From assembly GCA_010015805.1 (NCBI GenBank), contig ML978126.1:1488001-1552000 (forward strand): DNA of 64,000 nt. The letters are read 5' to 3'. Numbering within the stretch: the stretch's first letter is position 1; every line of letters starts with the position of its first letter. This document shows positions 49,330-62,879 of the stretch, in pieces. The DNA is from Rhizodiscina lignyota. Taxonomy: Eukaryota. The notes below the pieces were generated by a model that worked only from the letters and a program-made list of their open reading frames with translations, was not told where the DNA came from and made no database searches. Position numbers and translations under genes: made by a program.

Positions 49330-50842
49330 TCAATATAGGTCGTCCAAGTTGTTCATGACATTGACACCCTCAGCATCCTCTAATGCGGACAATACTAAAT
49401 CGTCTTCCGCAGGCTTGACACCCTCTTTCTGCATCTTCGCTGCAACCTCATCCACCTCTTTCCATACTCGCAATAAGTTCCTGCCCGCCACCTTTGCACA
49501 ATCTTCCTCGCTCACTCCTGCTTTGAGCAGCATCGCAATGAGGTTCGGAAATTTCGTCACGTCCTCCAGTCCTCTTGGGGTCGTCTCGATGCCGTCGTAG
49601 TCGCTGCCAATGCCGACATGATCATATCCGATCAAGTCTCCAATGTGCATGATGTGCCTGACCACCTGTGTGATTGTATTGTTCTTGTCTACATATGCAG
49701 GGACTCCGTTCTCCAAGTCCTCGCCGTCGCAGCTCACGAACTGCGGCGCGAAGTTGACCATGACCACGCTGTTCCTCTTCTTGACAAGTTGCAGCACATG
49801 GTCCGGAACATTCCTTGGATGTGGGCAGATCGCATAAGCCGAGCTGTGGCTGAATATTGGTGGTGCAATGCTTCCCTTCCAGCCGTCCTTGCCAGATAAG
49901 ACATCGACCATGGTATCGGCGGAGACGTGACTCAAATCGACAATCATACCCATGCGGTTCATTTCCCGGATGAGCGTCATGCCGGCAGGACTCACGCCGT
50001 GCCACAAGGGTTCGGACTTTCGTGACCCGCCAGCTTCGGTAATTATGGCGGCATCAACGTACTTGTTGTGGCAATTCCAGGACAAGGTCGCATAGCGTAC
50101 CCCAAGCTGGTGGTAGAGCCGCAGAGTCGCCAGCGAGTTGCCGATCTGATGGAGGCCTTCAATGATGTACGGAGCGATGAACTGGCCTTTCTCAAATGCA
50201 GCAAGTGCTGCGTCGGCATTGGGGGCAGCGGTGAAGTATTTGGGGTATTCAAGAGCCAGACGGTGGTAGAGGTCAAGCTGATCGAGCGTTGCACGAACGA
50301 CTATATCGAGCTGTTAGCTCATCAGCGCCATCATTGTGAAAATACTTACTGGGATAGTAATTTTCCGACGAAAAATCTGTAACGTTCTGAGGACATGACA
50401 TGAAAGCAGACCAGAACGCTCCACCATATTTCCCTTTCTTGATCCTTGGGATATCCACATGGCCGGTCAAGCCACCCTTCTCCCACTCTTGCTTGAACGG
50501 GGTGTCGTAAATGTGGTTTTTGTACAAGTAGCGAAGCATAATAGCCAGATCATTGTGCCCATCTATGAGTGGATTCTCGTCTAAAATCTTGTTTGCTCTT
50601 CGGACGTACTCTCGGTCCCTCAGCCTGTTGCCTCCAGTGGGGACTGGAGCCGTGGATGGGGTATTGACGGCATTACGGATAATTTGGACAAAGTACGCCA
50701 AACTTGCAAAGAAAAAGATGATGATAAGGATACCCCATTTCCAAGACACTTGAATGGGCTTCGGCTCCTGCAGGCGCCGGCCGTGTCGACTCGCAACTAA
50801 AGGATCGGATTCTCCGGGTGTGGCCTTCTTCTCGTCGCTCAT
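49330..50842 (-). CDS. Membrane dipeptidase (peptidase M19)
   Basis: PLIDGHNDL, VDLSHVS, FSHSS, HPRNVPD, GIGSDYDG; N-terminal TM; intron ~50309-50351. Confidence 0.93.
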
Positions 50843-51127
50843 ATTTACAAAGGCGTCAATTGAATACAGTAGACGAGTCTTGACAGTGTAAGGAAGGAAA
50901 ATGGACGCAATTGAGGAAAGAAAAGACGCGTCGCTGATGCCTGTCGATAGGTAATCGATATCATCTTCGCTCAACGGAGTTAGCGTCGGCGATTGGAGAG
51001 TGGCAGGGTTCCCGTTTTAAGTTTAGCTCCGAGTTTGGAGGATTTATTGTGAGCATCAACAATTCCACTCACCTTCAACACAGCACACACTCTCAACTCA
51101 AGCTCTCCTTCCTCCAACACCGATAAC

Positions 51128-51725
51128 ATGGCGATCGTGTCGTCTTTCACGCTCATCAAATTGGTTGCCCTTTTTCACGGCATAGTGGGCTTCTACCTCA
51201 TATTCGCACCAAACATCATCGCGGAACACAATTTTGTTTGGATGATGGGCGAGGCCTTGGGACTTGTACGTTTCACATCACAATACCTGCTTTAATGAAC
51301 AGACTTTATTAACATAGCGGTCCTCGGATAAGCCTGAAACCGCAGACTTCACAACTCTCTCTGGGCCAATTTCGTTCCTCGCAGTTCTCTTCTGCTACTT
51401 TGCAGCTCTCGACTTCTGCATGACCCCTCCAATCGTAGAAGAAGAGCAAGCACGCAACTACTGGACTCGGTCTACCCCTTTGCGCCTGGCACTTCTCTTC
51501 ATGTTCAGCTGCTATATCTACCTCACCAAGGAGGGCGGTCTGCTCGGGAGCAAGCACCACGCGTGGGGACACACGCCAAGTCCTGGCGACTACTTGAGGA
51601 ACCGCGTGATCTTTACCTGGGCATTCACCCAAATGCTGGCCTTGTTTTGGGTGTATGCTCTGCTGGGAGAGGAGAGCAAGCAGGTGGCTGAACGTCAGGC
51701 TGAGCGGAGGATGAGGGAGGAGTAG
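51128..51725 (+). CDS. ILM1: Ilm1-like (increased loss of mitochondrial DNA) membrane protein
   Basis: MAIVSSFTLIK..FH..EHNFVWMMGEALGL, YW..TPLRL, LRNRVIFTWAF; intron ~51266-51317. Confidence 0.75.
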
Positions 51726-52210
51726 TGAGGAGACGAAGGGGAGAACGGATGATCACTTTCGCGCTGGCGCAAGATACCCAAATACAACTGTGTAAATATG
51801 CCTTGATCGCTCGATAATGAATTGAAGCTCAATGAGCGATACACCACACATAACTTCTTGCGAATTGTGTCATTGATCTCGCTGAGGCCGAAGAAGCATT
51901 TTATTTAAATGAACTGCATATGATCTGAGCATATATTCACCGTAAAAGTGTCCTCGATTGATGTTCTACCTTGGCCATTTTGATTTCCATTGCGAGAGTA
52001 AGAGGTAGTTGTATTTAGAAAGCTGTCGCCGCACCTTTCCGTATCCGTATTTGTGGCTGACGACTTTCAGCCCTACCACATTCCAGAACCAACCAAATAC
52101 GATAGAGGATTTATGCGTAAACCAACTTCAAGGCAATCGTAACTCACTCAGTTTGCTTTAAGCAAACCTCCAAACTTCTTATAGTCGCTCATTTATGCCA
52201 GCCTACTTTG

Positions 52211-53242
52211 ATGTCTTCATCAGCACCAGACGCAGAAGTGCCACACTCGAAATCGCAGCTGCCTGGCAAGACGTCATGGTGGTCTCGCCAAAGCTTATGG
52301 AAAAAGATACTCTTGGTTCTTATTTCACTCCTTGTGATAATAGGTCTTGCAGTCGGACTAGGGGTCGGGCTCACGGTTGGCAACAACGGCGATAGTTCAT
52401 CGAGTTCACCTTCTCCTTCACCACTACCACCTTACAGGCTTCCAAATGGTACGGTATGGCAGCCTTCAGTCAACAGTTCATGGCAGATCATCCTCCAAAA
52501 TCCACTCGAACTTTCTGCAGACGCTATTTCTATATCTCCCAATGTCTCAATTTTCGACATCGACATGTTCACGAACAACAAAACAGTCGTGGATGGCCTG
52601 CATCGTCTTGGAAAGAAGGTCATTTGCTACTTCTCAGCCGGCTCGTATGAACCAGATCGACCTGACTCTTCCGATTTCCACTCTAGCGACAAAGGCAAAG
52701 AACTGGATGGCTGGCCTGGAGAGTACTGGCTCAATCTCAGCAGCTCGAATGTGCGCGATATCATGAAGAAACGCATGGATGTTGCAGTACAGAAGGGCTG
52801 TGATGCCATCGACCCGGACAATGTTGATGGCTACGATAATGACAACGGTCTGGGTCTCACACAAGATGACTCCGTTGAGTACATGCGATTTTTGGCCACG
52901 GAGGCGCAAAGTCGGAACCTTACGATCGGGCTGAAGAATGCTGATGCTATCATTCCGAAAGTGCTGTCGATTGTTCAATTCTCCGTCAACGAGCAATGCG
53001 TTGAGTACTCTGAATGCATGACATATGCGCCGTTCATCGATGCTGGGAAGCCAGTATTCCATATCGAGTACCCGGACGGCGCCCCCAAACTCTCAGCAAG
53101 TACAGTTACGAAGTACTGTTCCGATACTGGCGACGGGGACGGCGCAAAACTGTTCAGCACTGTGCTGAAGACGATGGACCTTGATGGGTGGGTGGAATAC
53201 TGCAACCGCGCGATGGCGACAACATCTCTGGACACTACGTGA
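52211..53242 (+). CDS. Glycoside hydrolase family 114 (endo-alpha-1,4-polygalactosaminidase, Ega3-like), type II membrane anchor
   Basis: VICYFSAGSYE, GWPGEYWL, GCDAIDPDNVDGY, GLKN, VNEQC, KPVFHIEY. Confidence 0.93.
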   Translation: MSSSAPDAEVPHSKSQLPGKTSWWSRQSLWKKILLVLISLLVIIGLAVGLGVGLTVGNNGDSSSSSPSPSPLPPYRLPNGTVWQPSVNSSWQIILQNPLELSADAISISPNVSIFDIDMFTNNKTVVDGLHRLGKKVICYFSAGSYEPDRPDSSDFHSSDKGKELDGWPGEYWLNLSSSNVRDIMKKRMDVAVQKGCDAIDPDNVDGYDNDNGLGLTQDDSVEYMRFLATEAQSRNLTIGLKNADAIIPKVLSIVQFSVNEQCVEYSECMTYAPFIDAGKPVFHIEYPDGAPKLSASTVTKYCSDTGDGDGAKLFSTVLKTMDLDGWVEYCNRAMATTSLDTT

Positions 53243-53538
53243 GGGTACGACTTCACTTCTCCATGGCTAATAGTTCCTCTTCTCATAAAATTTCCACAGC
53301 CCGACCTACCTGCCGCCACAATCTAACTTCCTCCTCTATAACTGGTACGCTCGCGTAAACACATGCCTCAGCCGCAGTGACCACATTGATCAGGAAACCT
53401 CACAGACGGCGCACCGCTACAAATTCTTAGACAGATCGAAGGAAGCCAAACTTTTTGTTCATTCAAGGTCATCGAATTACGGCCGTTATATATCGCTTGA
53501 AACGTCCAATTCACAGATCTGCGGGTCCATATCAATAT

Positions 53539-55239
53539 TCACTCGATCTCAGTCGCACCGCCATGGACCTTTAATCTCGCATTCTCTTTCTCCAAGAACT
53601 CCGCTTGCTCAAGCCTGGATTTCTTCACATCCACGAAGAAGAATAGCCACGCGAAACTGGCCAGGCTCAGCGCGAACAGGAAGTAGAACGGCATCGACTC
53701 GTTCCCGGTCGGACTCGCATCGATGATCGCGCTGCTCACAATTGGCCCGATAAATGCACTTGTCTTGCCGATGATGCTGAACAAGCTGAAGAACAGGAAC
53801 TCACGTCCTCGTGGCGTAACCTCAGATATCATCGTCTGGCTGTATGAGTACCATGGGCACACGAACAGGCCGTAGAAAGCTTGGTACACCCACACCTCCC
53901 ACACATGATGGAAGCCGAAGGACTGCGTCCAGATGCCGATCATACCCCAGCCATCGAGCAGAATGATGCCAACGGCAACGGCATTGAACATCGTCTTCGT
54001 CGTGAGCTGGTAGCGCTTCTGGATGGTCCAGAAAGTGAAGATCCCGACGGCTTGCGCGGCGATGCCGACGATAAGGAGGTACGTGAGTTCGAGGGAGTTG
54101 TAAGCGACGATCGAGTTCTGCAGCGTCGCGATGACGGTGACAGTGGTGTTGAGCGAGTCGCCGAGGAGGAAGTAACCGATTAGATACGCGAGACTCTGCT
54201 TCAGCTGCCAAACTTGTGCGCACGCAGCCCAGAGGTTCAGGAAGCCAGCTTTGACGATGTTCATGCCTGGTTCCAGGCCAGGCCGGCGCTGTACACCGTT
54301 AGCGTCGTTTAAGACTCTCAGAAATTCGAATTGCTCCTACCTTCTCGAGAAAAAACCATGGAATGGCCAACAAGATCCACACCCCCGTAGCGAACGCAAT
54401 GAGCACGCTCAAACCCCAATTATTGTTGGCCGCGCTCGCGTTGACATTCAAGCCAAACATAATCCCCACTATAATCGCAAGAATGACAATCTCGCCCAGA
54501 CTCTGGATGTAGAACGCAACATTGCTTAGCCGATTGCGCATCAGGCTGTCCTCCCTGTCATACTCTTCTCGATCAATCTCGCCATTCTCGTACGCTTGCG
54601 CGCGAGCTCTCAGATGTGCTGTATTCCTGGCCAAGCCTGGGAAGGCCGCAGTCCAGAACGTCAATGTGGTTTGATATGCGATCAACCCAACAATATAAAG
54701 GCCTGTACCGATCTGCCACTTGTTGTCTGTATGTACGCCTAGCCAGCCGAATCCTATGCCCCATGCGACGAAAGAAAGAACGATGAGGATGTTGGGACGC
54801 CAGGAGCCAAAGTCGGCAAACGATCCGAGGAAGAGAAAGACGAAGATCTGAATCGCGAATGAGATGCCGTTGGAGAGCAGCACGATGGAGTTTATAGTGC
54901 GATCGCGGCCAGCGAAGTGCAGAACACCAGCATCACCTGCGGCCTCGTAGAGGAGGTTCTGGAAGGCAGTGGGCGCGAAGTTGAAGAGGGTTAAGCCATT
55001 GTTGCCAATGTAATAGCTATGACGTTGAGTTTAGCTTCTGTACCATGCAGACTGGAATTGGACGTCACTCACCTATAGTATGCCCAAATTTCCCACTTCC
55101 CTGTCTCGAACTGCTCGTCAAACTGGTCTGGCGCCACTGGCCGTTCCGCGTCGTCTTTGTAGCCACTGGTGATCGATCCTCTCTTCGCATCTTCACCAGG
55201 TGCTTCGAGGATATCGAATCCGGCATGGGGAGAAGCCAT
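53539..55239 (-). CDS. Atg22-like vacuolar MFS effluxer
   Basis: WEIWAYY|SYYIGNNGL, multiple TM helices, FFSLFSIIGKTSAFIGP; introns ~55017-55071 and ~54289-54340. Confidence 0.88.
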
Positions 55240-56263
55240 CTTAACAATTTGAAATATACACCTTCAACTTCCCCCTTGGCTAATAGATGATAGGAATCGG
55301 TCGATGGAAGCTTTGCATCTGTACGTGAATCCTTTGCATTTGCGCCTGCTCCCTGATCCCAATGAAGCTTCGGCTGCCCTGATGGGCCTCGTCATAGCTG
55401 GGGACTTGTGCATCTTTATGGATGTCGTGCTGCGGGTGCTACATCACTAGCAGAATGCTAAGGATGAAATCTCTGCATGCTGACCTGCGAAGGGCGATTG
55501 ATGGGACATGGACCTACCGGCTTCAGCTTAAGGGCTCTTATCTTCGGCCTATCCAGCAATGCCGTTCCTGATGATGCAACGGTGTGCATGGGTGGCTCCG
55601 ATGGCGAGATTGATCCTCATTGAACGAACGCTCGACTGGAGGGACAAGAGCACCGCATCTGGGGTAGATCGCCGAGCTGCGGGAGGATGGGACGGCACGT
55701 GGTGGTGAAGCTTGGCTTTGCTTTTGCCCGCGCGCCGTTGCACGAACAACCACGCCAGACGCCACCACTTTTCGTACGAGATTCTACCAGCGTTCGCCTT
55801 TTTCAAATGTCGCCTCCATGAGCAGAGATAAGGCGCCAGATCACCTGACCCCGCGTTGAGATGGAGCCTTGCTGCACGTATCCTCGCTCTGTGAGCTGTC
55901 CGGACGAATACTTCAATGCTCCCCTTCTGGCACCGGTCAGCCTTGTCACCGGTCTCCAGAGCATTGCCCAAGCATCTTCTTTGGACAACATGAGCAAACA
56001 TATTCTGCAGGGTGGTCTCAATGCATATCCGCTTGCAGCACAACGAATAGAACATGCCACACTTCACCTCCGGTCTCAGGTGAGGCTGCACTGTGCCTCC
56101 CCCGCACAGCCAAGGCACACGTAGATGGATGTATTTATCATTCTTGGAAAGCGGTCTCTGGATCTTTTAGTTGTGTTTCACTGAACTCGAACAATTCAAT
56201 TTTGCCAGCGAGTCGCCCGATTCTATCACCTTTGACTTTGCAAAACTCCTTCTCATCACAATC

Positions 56264-58852
56264 ATGTCTTGTGCATATGATCATGACTTCTCTGACTTTG
56301 AGGGCTTTGTGGTGGAAAACGTACCTCCTTTGCCTGGTCACATCGCTGGTTTCAACCCTGATACTGACTCGGCTGCACTCTCAGGCAACGTCAGTAGCTA
56401 TGTCGCTGTTCCTTCCCCTCCAACTAATCCTATTCCCCCCCTTCAACAGGAGGAGATTGGGCGTACTTGTGAGGCCAAGGATTTATATTCGAGTGGAAGC
56501 ATGCCATGCGACTGCTGCGTTAACTGGGTCTATGAGCGTCCAAAGATTACGGCGAAACTTTCGGAGCTGCCATCTGACAGCCAGCGTTATGCGATTCTTG
56601 TTCGTCGCCGACCCAGCCACATGGATGCGACTGGCTTTCGTCTTCATTCGATCGTGGTGCAGAGCCCTCTACTAAAAGCACTGCTTTGCGAAGTCTTCCG
56701 TGGATATTCAGGCGTCACGGCAGACCTAGAAGACGTTGTGTTCAAGGCACCCTTCCTCCCTTTCTTCCATCGATGGACAGAGTTTGGCGAGGCCATTGAA
56801 TCCACCAGCGACCCTGAGACCGCGGCGCATGCCTGTCTCCTCCACGACACTCTGAAGGCTGAGATGGCAGAAACTGTTCGGAAGCAGAAGGATCTCGTCA
56901 GCCACAGAGTGATTACGTTTGAGTATCTATGGACATTGTTCAGTCCAGGGCAGTTACTGTTCGCCTATGTCGACGGTCACGAACGCTTTTTCAAGCTCGC
57001 ATCGTCGGATTATGATGGAAAGCCCGCGTCGTCGGATTATGATCCACCCTCGCCCAGGAAGTATAAGATCACCAGCAAATATATCGAGTATGGTGGAGCT
57101 CGCATGGGTTATGGGTCGAGGTATTTCCAAATCGATTACTTCAAAGGAACGCGCGATATCACGGAGTTTGAGGTATATCCTGCATCCTTCCACCCTGCGT
57201 TCGATCAAGTCAAAGAGACATTGTATAAGAGAGGGAAGCTGTACCAGGCATACCGCGGCTTTCACCACAAAGCATACAAAGGTTTCATCCGATACGATTC
57301 AATTATGGATGCTCCCCCTCAATCAAATTATATGATGTTACCTGGAGGAATGGGGACCATTCCACCTCCGCTTATGCCTATGGGAATACCTCCACCAGCG
57401 ACCAGTTCGAATCAAGAGGTGCCTGTAAGTTTATACCGGCCAACAGAACATGAAAGCAATAGGACTTATAGCTCGCTTACGTTGGAATAGATTGACAACC
57501 GTATCATCATTGACGTGGCAGCCTACTACCAGTACAACCCGACCAAAGTGCCTCCTCAGCTTGACTCCATGGAGGCTTTGTCATTTACCCCGAGTCTCGA
57601 ATTCATAAGCTCCGAGAAACACCACTCCAGATACTCCAAGCACAAACGACGTGCGGGTATACCACCACCGCCGCCGCCCCAATGGGATGATATGGCACCG
57701 AGAGTCCCGATCATTGACTTGGACGCAGCTCCCCAATCCGGGGAAGGGAACTGCCTTGAGGAGGAACAATCCTTGACGCGCGAGCAGTTGCTGCTTTGCC
57801 CTCCATCCGTCAAAGGCTTTTGTCTGAAGAACAGGAAGTGGGCTGAGTTTCTTGTGACTGACGTCAAGGAGATCTCCTGGAACGACCACGCCTTTGGCAA
57901 TCTGGTCATACCAAGCGATTACAAGCAGCTTGTGCAAGCATTTGTTGAGAGTCAGATGGCACACGGACTGAAGTTTGATGACATTGTCGATGGTAAAGGT
58001 ATAGCATATCATCATCTGGGTCTACAGCTCCACAAATACCTAACATTCTCAACAGGTCGCGGGTTGGTTATGCTTCTCACTGGTGAACCTGGAGTGGGTA
58101 AAACCTTGACTGCAGAGACCCGTGAGTCCTCGTCTCTTTCTATATGCTTGATAGCTTTACTAATGTCTGAAGTTTCCGAGCATCTCAAAGCCCCGCTGTA
58201 CATGATGAGCGCTGCTGAGCTTGGAGAGAATACACAGAGTGTCGAGTACACTTTGGAAAGGATCCTCGGCCTTGCGACCAAGTGGAACGCCATTTTACTA
58301 CTCGATGAATGCGATGTCTTCCTCGAACAGCGGAGAGATAGTGACCTCGTTCGCAACAAGATTGTTTCACGTAAGTCTTCCATTCAGCCTTTTACCTCCC
58401 AGCCTGTCTCATCACAGCCCTTTGCCTCGACGGCCTGAACACCAGATGCAGTTTTGCTCTCAATCTTTATCTCGCCGCTGACCCTCCTAGTCTTCCTCCG
58501 CTACCTCGAATATTACTCCGGTATCCTAATCCTCACGACAAATCGCCTCCACTCCTTCGATGACGCATTCAAGTCCCGAATCCACATCACACTACACTAC
58601 CCGCGCCTAGACTCGTCCGCGCGCGAGCACATCTGGCGGAACTTCCACAATCTGTCGCGGTACGAGAGTGCGCTGACGGACACTGACTTCAAGCGCCTGG
58701 CGGAGGAGGAGATGAATGGCAGGGAGATCAAGAATGCTATGAAGGCGGCACAGCTATTGGCGTGTAGTAGGAAGGAGGCAATCGGTTTGGGGCATGTGCA
58801 GAGTGTGCTCAGGGCAACAATGGGGAAGAGCATGACCGTAATCTGTGTGTAG
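56264..58852 (+). CDS. Fungal AAA+ ATPase (P-loop NTPase with N-terminal extension)
   Basis: Walker A GEPGVGKT, Walker B LLLDECDVFLE, FLRYLEYYSGILILTTNR, FKSRIH, NGREIKN; at least four introns. Confidence 0.9.
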
Positions 58853-58951
58853 AAGATAGAGGGACGCCTGCTTTGATTGGCGGGGTCGCATTTGAGCGCT
58901 GCCAAATGCGTGATTACTGTTTCTTGAGCATGTTGGCAGCTTCCGTTTGGT

Positions 58952-59651
58952 TTAATCTGGAGTATTTACTTTGGGGTTGCTCCTTGAGACCGAGTTTTTC
59001 AAATCTGGTTGCTCGCTCAAGAGCACTCCTTCCGATATCAGGTATTCAGTCCTTTCCTGTTTTCGATTGAGCTCTTGCCCAAGCCCCCTCACGTATCTCT
59101 AGCTTCTTGATCTTCTTATCCTGTGCGCTCTCGTGCCGCGTCTTGTTCAAGGCATGCGTGCCTCTATCAGCGTTGATCGGGTGCATCATGCCGCACAGTT
59201 GATGGCCGTGGTTCGGCTCTCCCTTGCGGCGGTGGATGAACGATGCACAGAGCCAGCGGAGGTGTGCTCTGCCGCATTCGCTACTCGATGGACATTCTTC
59301 TGCCTGCCCACAAGGTCAGCTGTTCGTCGATGATGTCAGCATGGGGCTCTGTACAATACAAACAGCCTTGAGCGTGCAGGCTTCAGCTAGAGGACACTCC
59401 ACTTTCTCCAGATTGAACGGACAGGCCCCTTTGATGTCCTCTTTCAGTGTCACTGGCTCGTGGTGAAACGCGCTGACGTGGTCGGCGTGTGTCTTGTACT
59501 TCTGGGCCAGGGCCGTAGGCTCGTCCGGAGCGCTGCCGGGGAATTTGTAGCGTATGTATCCGTCGGGATCGGGCATTGTGCCTTTGACATTTTTATTCTC
59601 TTCAACGAGGCGCTCGAACTCGGTTATTTCGGCGTCGGGATTGGCATCCAT
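58952..59651 (-). CDS. Small Cys/His-rich (CCCH-type zinc finger-like) protein
   Basis: Exon 1 ends CPFNLEKVECPLAEACTLKAVCI; intron ~59304-59354 joins an open exon AEECPSSSECGRAH..LCASF..HGHQLCGMMH..NTPD*. Confidence 0.55.
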
Positions 59652-59785
59652 GGTTCGTGAGAGGTGTTTCGAAGGTCTTAACGGTTGAAAGCGAAAGTAT
59701 AGAAAGGGACGTTGTTATACGTTGCTTTGGGTGTAAGCATGGCTGGTAGCAAGATAGGTAACTAGTAATAAAAACTTGGCAAGGG

Positions 59786-60690
59786 TTAGCGCAATGTGTT
59801 AGGTCCTGGAATGGTCAGCCGTGAGGAACACTGATATAATGCACAAGGCACAATTGGGAGATGTAAGGAAATTTGATTTGATTCTTGTAGTCTAGAAAGC
59901 CCTCGCCGAGACGCAGAATAATCCTGAAAGAAACAAGTGCGGTCTATAAAATCATCGCTGAGAATGCGTGTAGCAAGCTGCTTCTCCTCTTCTGTGAGCC
60001 GTTGCAAGCATTCCACGAAATCACGCATCGTGTACGGGGGCGAAGGGAAGTTTCGCGTCAAGAACTCGAAGGTGTGGTCGTCTAAGGTGTAATTGAGTTG
60101 GACTATAACCTGAATGACGAGGGCTGGGATTCGGGTGATGTTCATATCGAGGTATGAGGATTGCTCAGCTGCCCAGTCCACTGAGAGCAGACACTTCAAT
60201 AGTTTCCCTTGGGTGAGAGCCATCATAGAGACAGCTGAGATGACTTGGGGCGCCGGTCCGCGGGTGAAATAGTAGACTCGATCCGTATGCGTATCCGGGA
60301 AGAATGGGTGAAGCGTGGCATCTATGAAAGATGTTAGCAGATTTCTAGCGTATTGATAAGCTTGACTTACATTTGTTAACCACGTTCTCACTTGTTAATC
60401 CAAGTAGAGACGAAAGGTCGAAGGTCGATCTGCTTCTTAATAACGGTTTTTAGCAGGAGAGAGTTCTTAATCATATTCTTGAACCAAGTATATACAAGTT
60501 GGACCGTGTATAGCTCCCTGGTTTCCAAATCACCCAGGATGTGCTCGAGCAGCTCGTAAGTGCCGAGAACAGCGGGTTCGAAGCAGCTAGACTCCGTTGA
60601 AGATATTTCGCTGTCGTGCTGGTTCTGTGCCCTTTTTTGTTCGGATGCTCTGTTAAAGTGGATTGGAACTTGGAATGATTCTGGATCTGA
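59786..60690 (-). CDS. Probable F-box protein (5' end unresolved; may be a pseudogene)
   Basis: VLGTYELLEHILGDLETRELYTVQLVYTWFKNMIKNSLLL at ~60450-60570, upstream of the 201-aa ORF. Confidence 0.5.
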
Positions 60691-61564
60691 AGGAATAGAT
60701 ACAGTTAGTGAGCATGTAGTGGTGAAGCATTGGTTCTCTCGTTCTGTGTGGTTGTGTGTCCCCGGTTCATCAAAAATGGTACAGGGTCATCTGGTGACGT
60801 TGTATTGTTTGCAAAGTCAGTATACTCGACTGGTCATTGTTCACGCCTTCTGCTGAGCAGGGGAGTTCCAGCATGATGAGCCATCTTGTGGACACTGGCA
60901 GTCAGAAGTTTACATGATTGTAGCAAAGGGTAGGTTCTCTCGAATAGTCAATGCTTCGAAGATGATCTCGAGGACTATGCTCCATGTCGATTTGAGGGCA
61001 TGTGGAGTACCCAGCAATGGAGACACAGACAAAGGAACTTGCATTTTCAGTAAAGTCTTCGTCCATAGCCTGAACATGGAAGAAGAAATGAAAGAACGCA
61101 ATAATCTAGTGATCATGAGAGGAGGAATTAAAAGCAAGAAAATAATAGAAAATAAAAAATTCTCCGAGGGCATTGGCCTGTTTGAGAGGGATCGAAGACA
61201 AGCGGCGTTCGCAGCCCTGTGATAGGTCTAACCGGAGCAGGTCATCTTAAGCCAGCTGGAACGTTGTTTATCTCTTCACTTCAGTACAGGAGAGACGAAG
61301 ACCATGGCTGATATGCACGAGAATCACTATTGTAAGGGAACGAAGAGTGGAAAATCCGAAAATCCCTAAGAACGATGTCGAGACCCAAGCCGATGATTTC
61401 CCGGCGATGCCGAGGTCTATCATCGTCCTTCCTGCCTTTCGTCTGGCCTTCGACTTCGATCTGTTGATGAAAGCAAGCTTTGTCTTTTACGAGTTTTAGC
61501 CTTCTATTGAGCCTCTTACAGGAGAAGCATTCTCCGGGTCGTATCTACTCTAAAACCTACTCCA

Positions 61565-62683
61565 ATGCCTCCGTCCCCACCACATACCTACCCATTCGCC
61601 GCTTCTCCAGACATCATCCGCTCCAACCAGAAAGATGCGTACTTCCAAGGCGTCCTCCTGACACGTCTGTCTTCCATCTTGCGGCAACTATATGGCGCTC
61701 GCTTTGCACATAACTACACCTCTGAGGCCAGAGTTTTCTCTGAGCTGTTGTACCTTGGCCTTACAACGCTCGTCGGCAACAGGACTTTGGGCGAAGAATA
61801 CTGCGATATTGTCCAGGTCGAAGAAGACACACTGCAGCTACCAGCTGTGAGCAGAAGAGCTGGGTACATCCTAGCCTCCATTATCCTTCCATATGGTCTG
61901 AACAGAATCCTCCCCGCCTTCCGCCGGCGGGTGCGCGCAAAGTTGGAAGCGAATTTACGGCGGTCATCACGGTCCCAAACGGGCCAGAAACAACCAAGGA
62001 AGAGCAGACTATACCATCTTCAATCGTACATTCTCGCCAATCTCGACACTCTCACTTCCACCTCCCCCATGCACGCCGTCTCCCTTAGCGTATTTTACTT
62101 CTCCGGCGCATACTACCACCTCTCTAAGCGGCTCTTCCACCTGCGCTACATCTTCTCTCGACAAGTTGAGCCCTCGGAGCAGCGTGTGGGCTACGAAGTC
62201 CTCGGCGTCCTGCTAGTCCTACAACTCGCAGTACAAGCATGGCTGCACGTTTCGAATACAGCATCCGGGCGGATTGGCAGCGTCGCGAACCCGGAGAATA
62301 TGATCGGTGGGACTGCCGTGCTCGATCATGGCGTCGAAGTCTCGCTTGATCCGAATGCGTATAGCAGCAATAATGCACTGCTGCTGGACAGTCCGGAGAA
62401 GCAGCCGGATGCGAACAGTTTAGAGAGGATGACGCACACGAAGGTATTACCGGCGGAGACGTATCGGTATCATTTGACGGATAACGATGTCATGGGGTGG
62501 ATCAGTGGTCGGCAGGCGAGGAAGTGCACCCTGTGCTTAGAGGAGCTGAAGGATCCGAGTGTGACGACGTGTGGGCATGTCTTTTGCTGGAATTGTATTG
62601 GGGACTGGGTGAGGGAGAAGCCGGAGTGTCCTCTTTGTCGACAGCATGTTTTGATTCAGCATATCCTGCCGCTTAGAGGCTGA
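61565..62683 (+). CDS. PEX10: Peroxin 10, RING E3 ligase
   Basis: YPFAASPDIIRSNQKD, TLGEEYCD, C-terminal C3HC4 RING CTLC..CGHVFCWNC..CPLCR. Confidence 0.96.
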   Translation: MPPSPPHTYPFAASPDIIRSNQKDAYFQGVLLTRLSSILRQLYGARFAHNYTSEARVFSELLYLGLTTLVGNRTLGEEYCDIVQVEEDTLQLPAVSRRAGYILASIILPYGLNRILPAFRRRVRAKLEANLRRSSRSQTGQKQPRKSRLYHLQSYILANLDTLTSTSPMHAVSLSVFYFSGAYYHLSKRLFHLRYIFSRQVEPSEQRVGYEVLGVLLVLQLAVQAWLHVSNTASGRIGSVANPENMIGGTAVLDHGVEVSLDPNAYSSNNALLLDSPEKQPDANSLERMTHTKVLPAETYRYHLTDNDVMGWISGRQARKCTLCLEELKDPSVTTCGHVFCWNCIGDWVREKPECPLCRQHVLIQHILPLRG

Positions 62684-62879
62684 TCGAGAGCCCCGGGAGC
62701 GGATTGTGGCTTTAAATAGTAAATGATACCCAACGCACAATGTAATTTGGAAATGAGACGAGGCAAGAGGTTGCTTGAATGTTTTCAAGATGATATCTCT
62801 CGAACCGACGCCCATGCGCCAATCTACTGATGTAGGTATCGAACATTCAAAACCGATGCATGCACGACACCAAAGATAC

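Noticed and set aside
52211..53242. Galactosaminogalactan biosynthetic cluster
   Set aside because: GH114 stands alone; no GT4, deacetylase, spherulin-4 or UDP-glucose epimerase nearby
56999..57043. Short tandem duplication in the AAA ATPase (ASSDYD twice)
   Set aside because: In-frame 27-bp slippage in a probable loop; no wider significance evident
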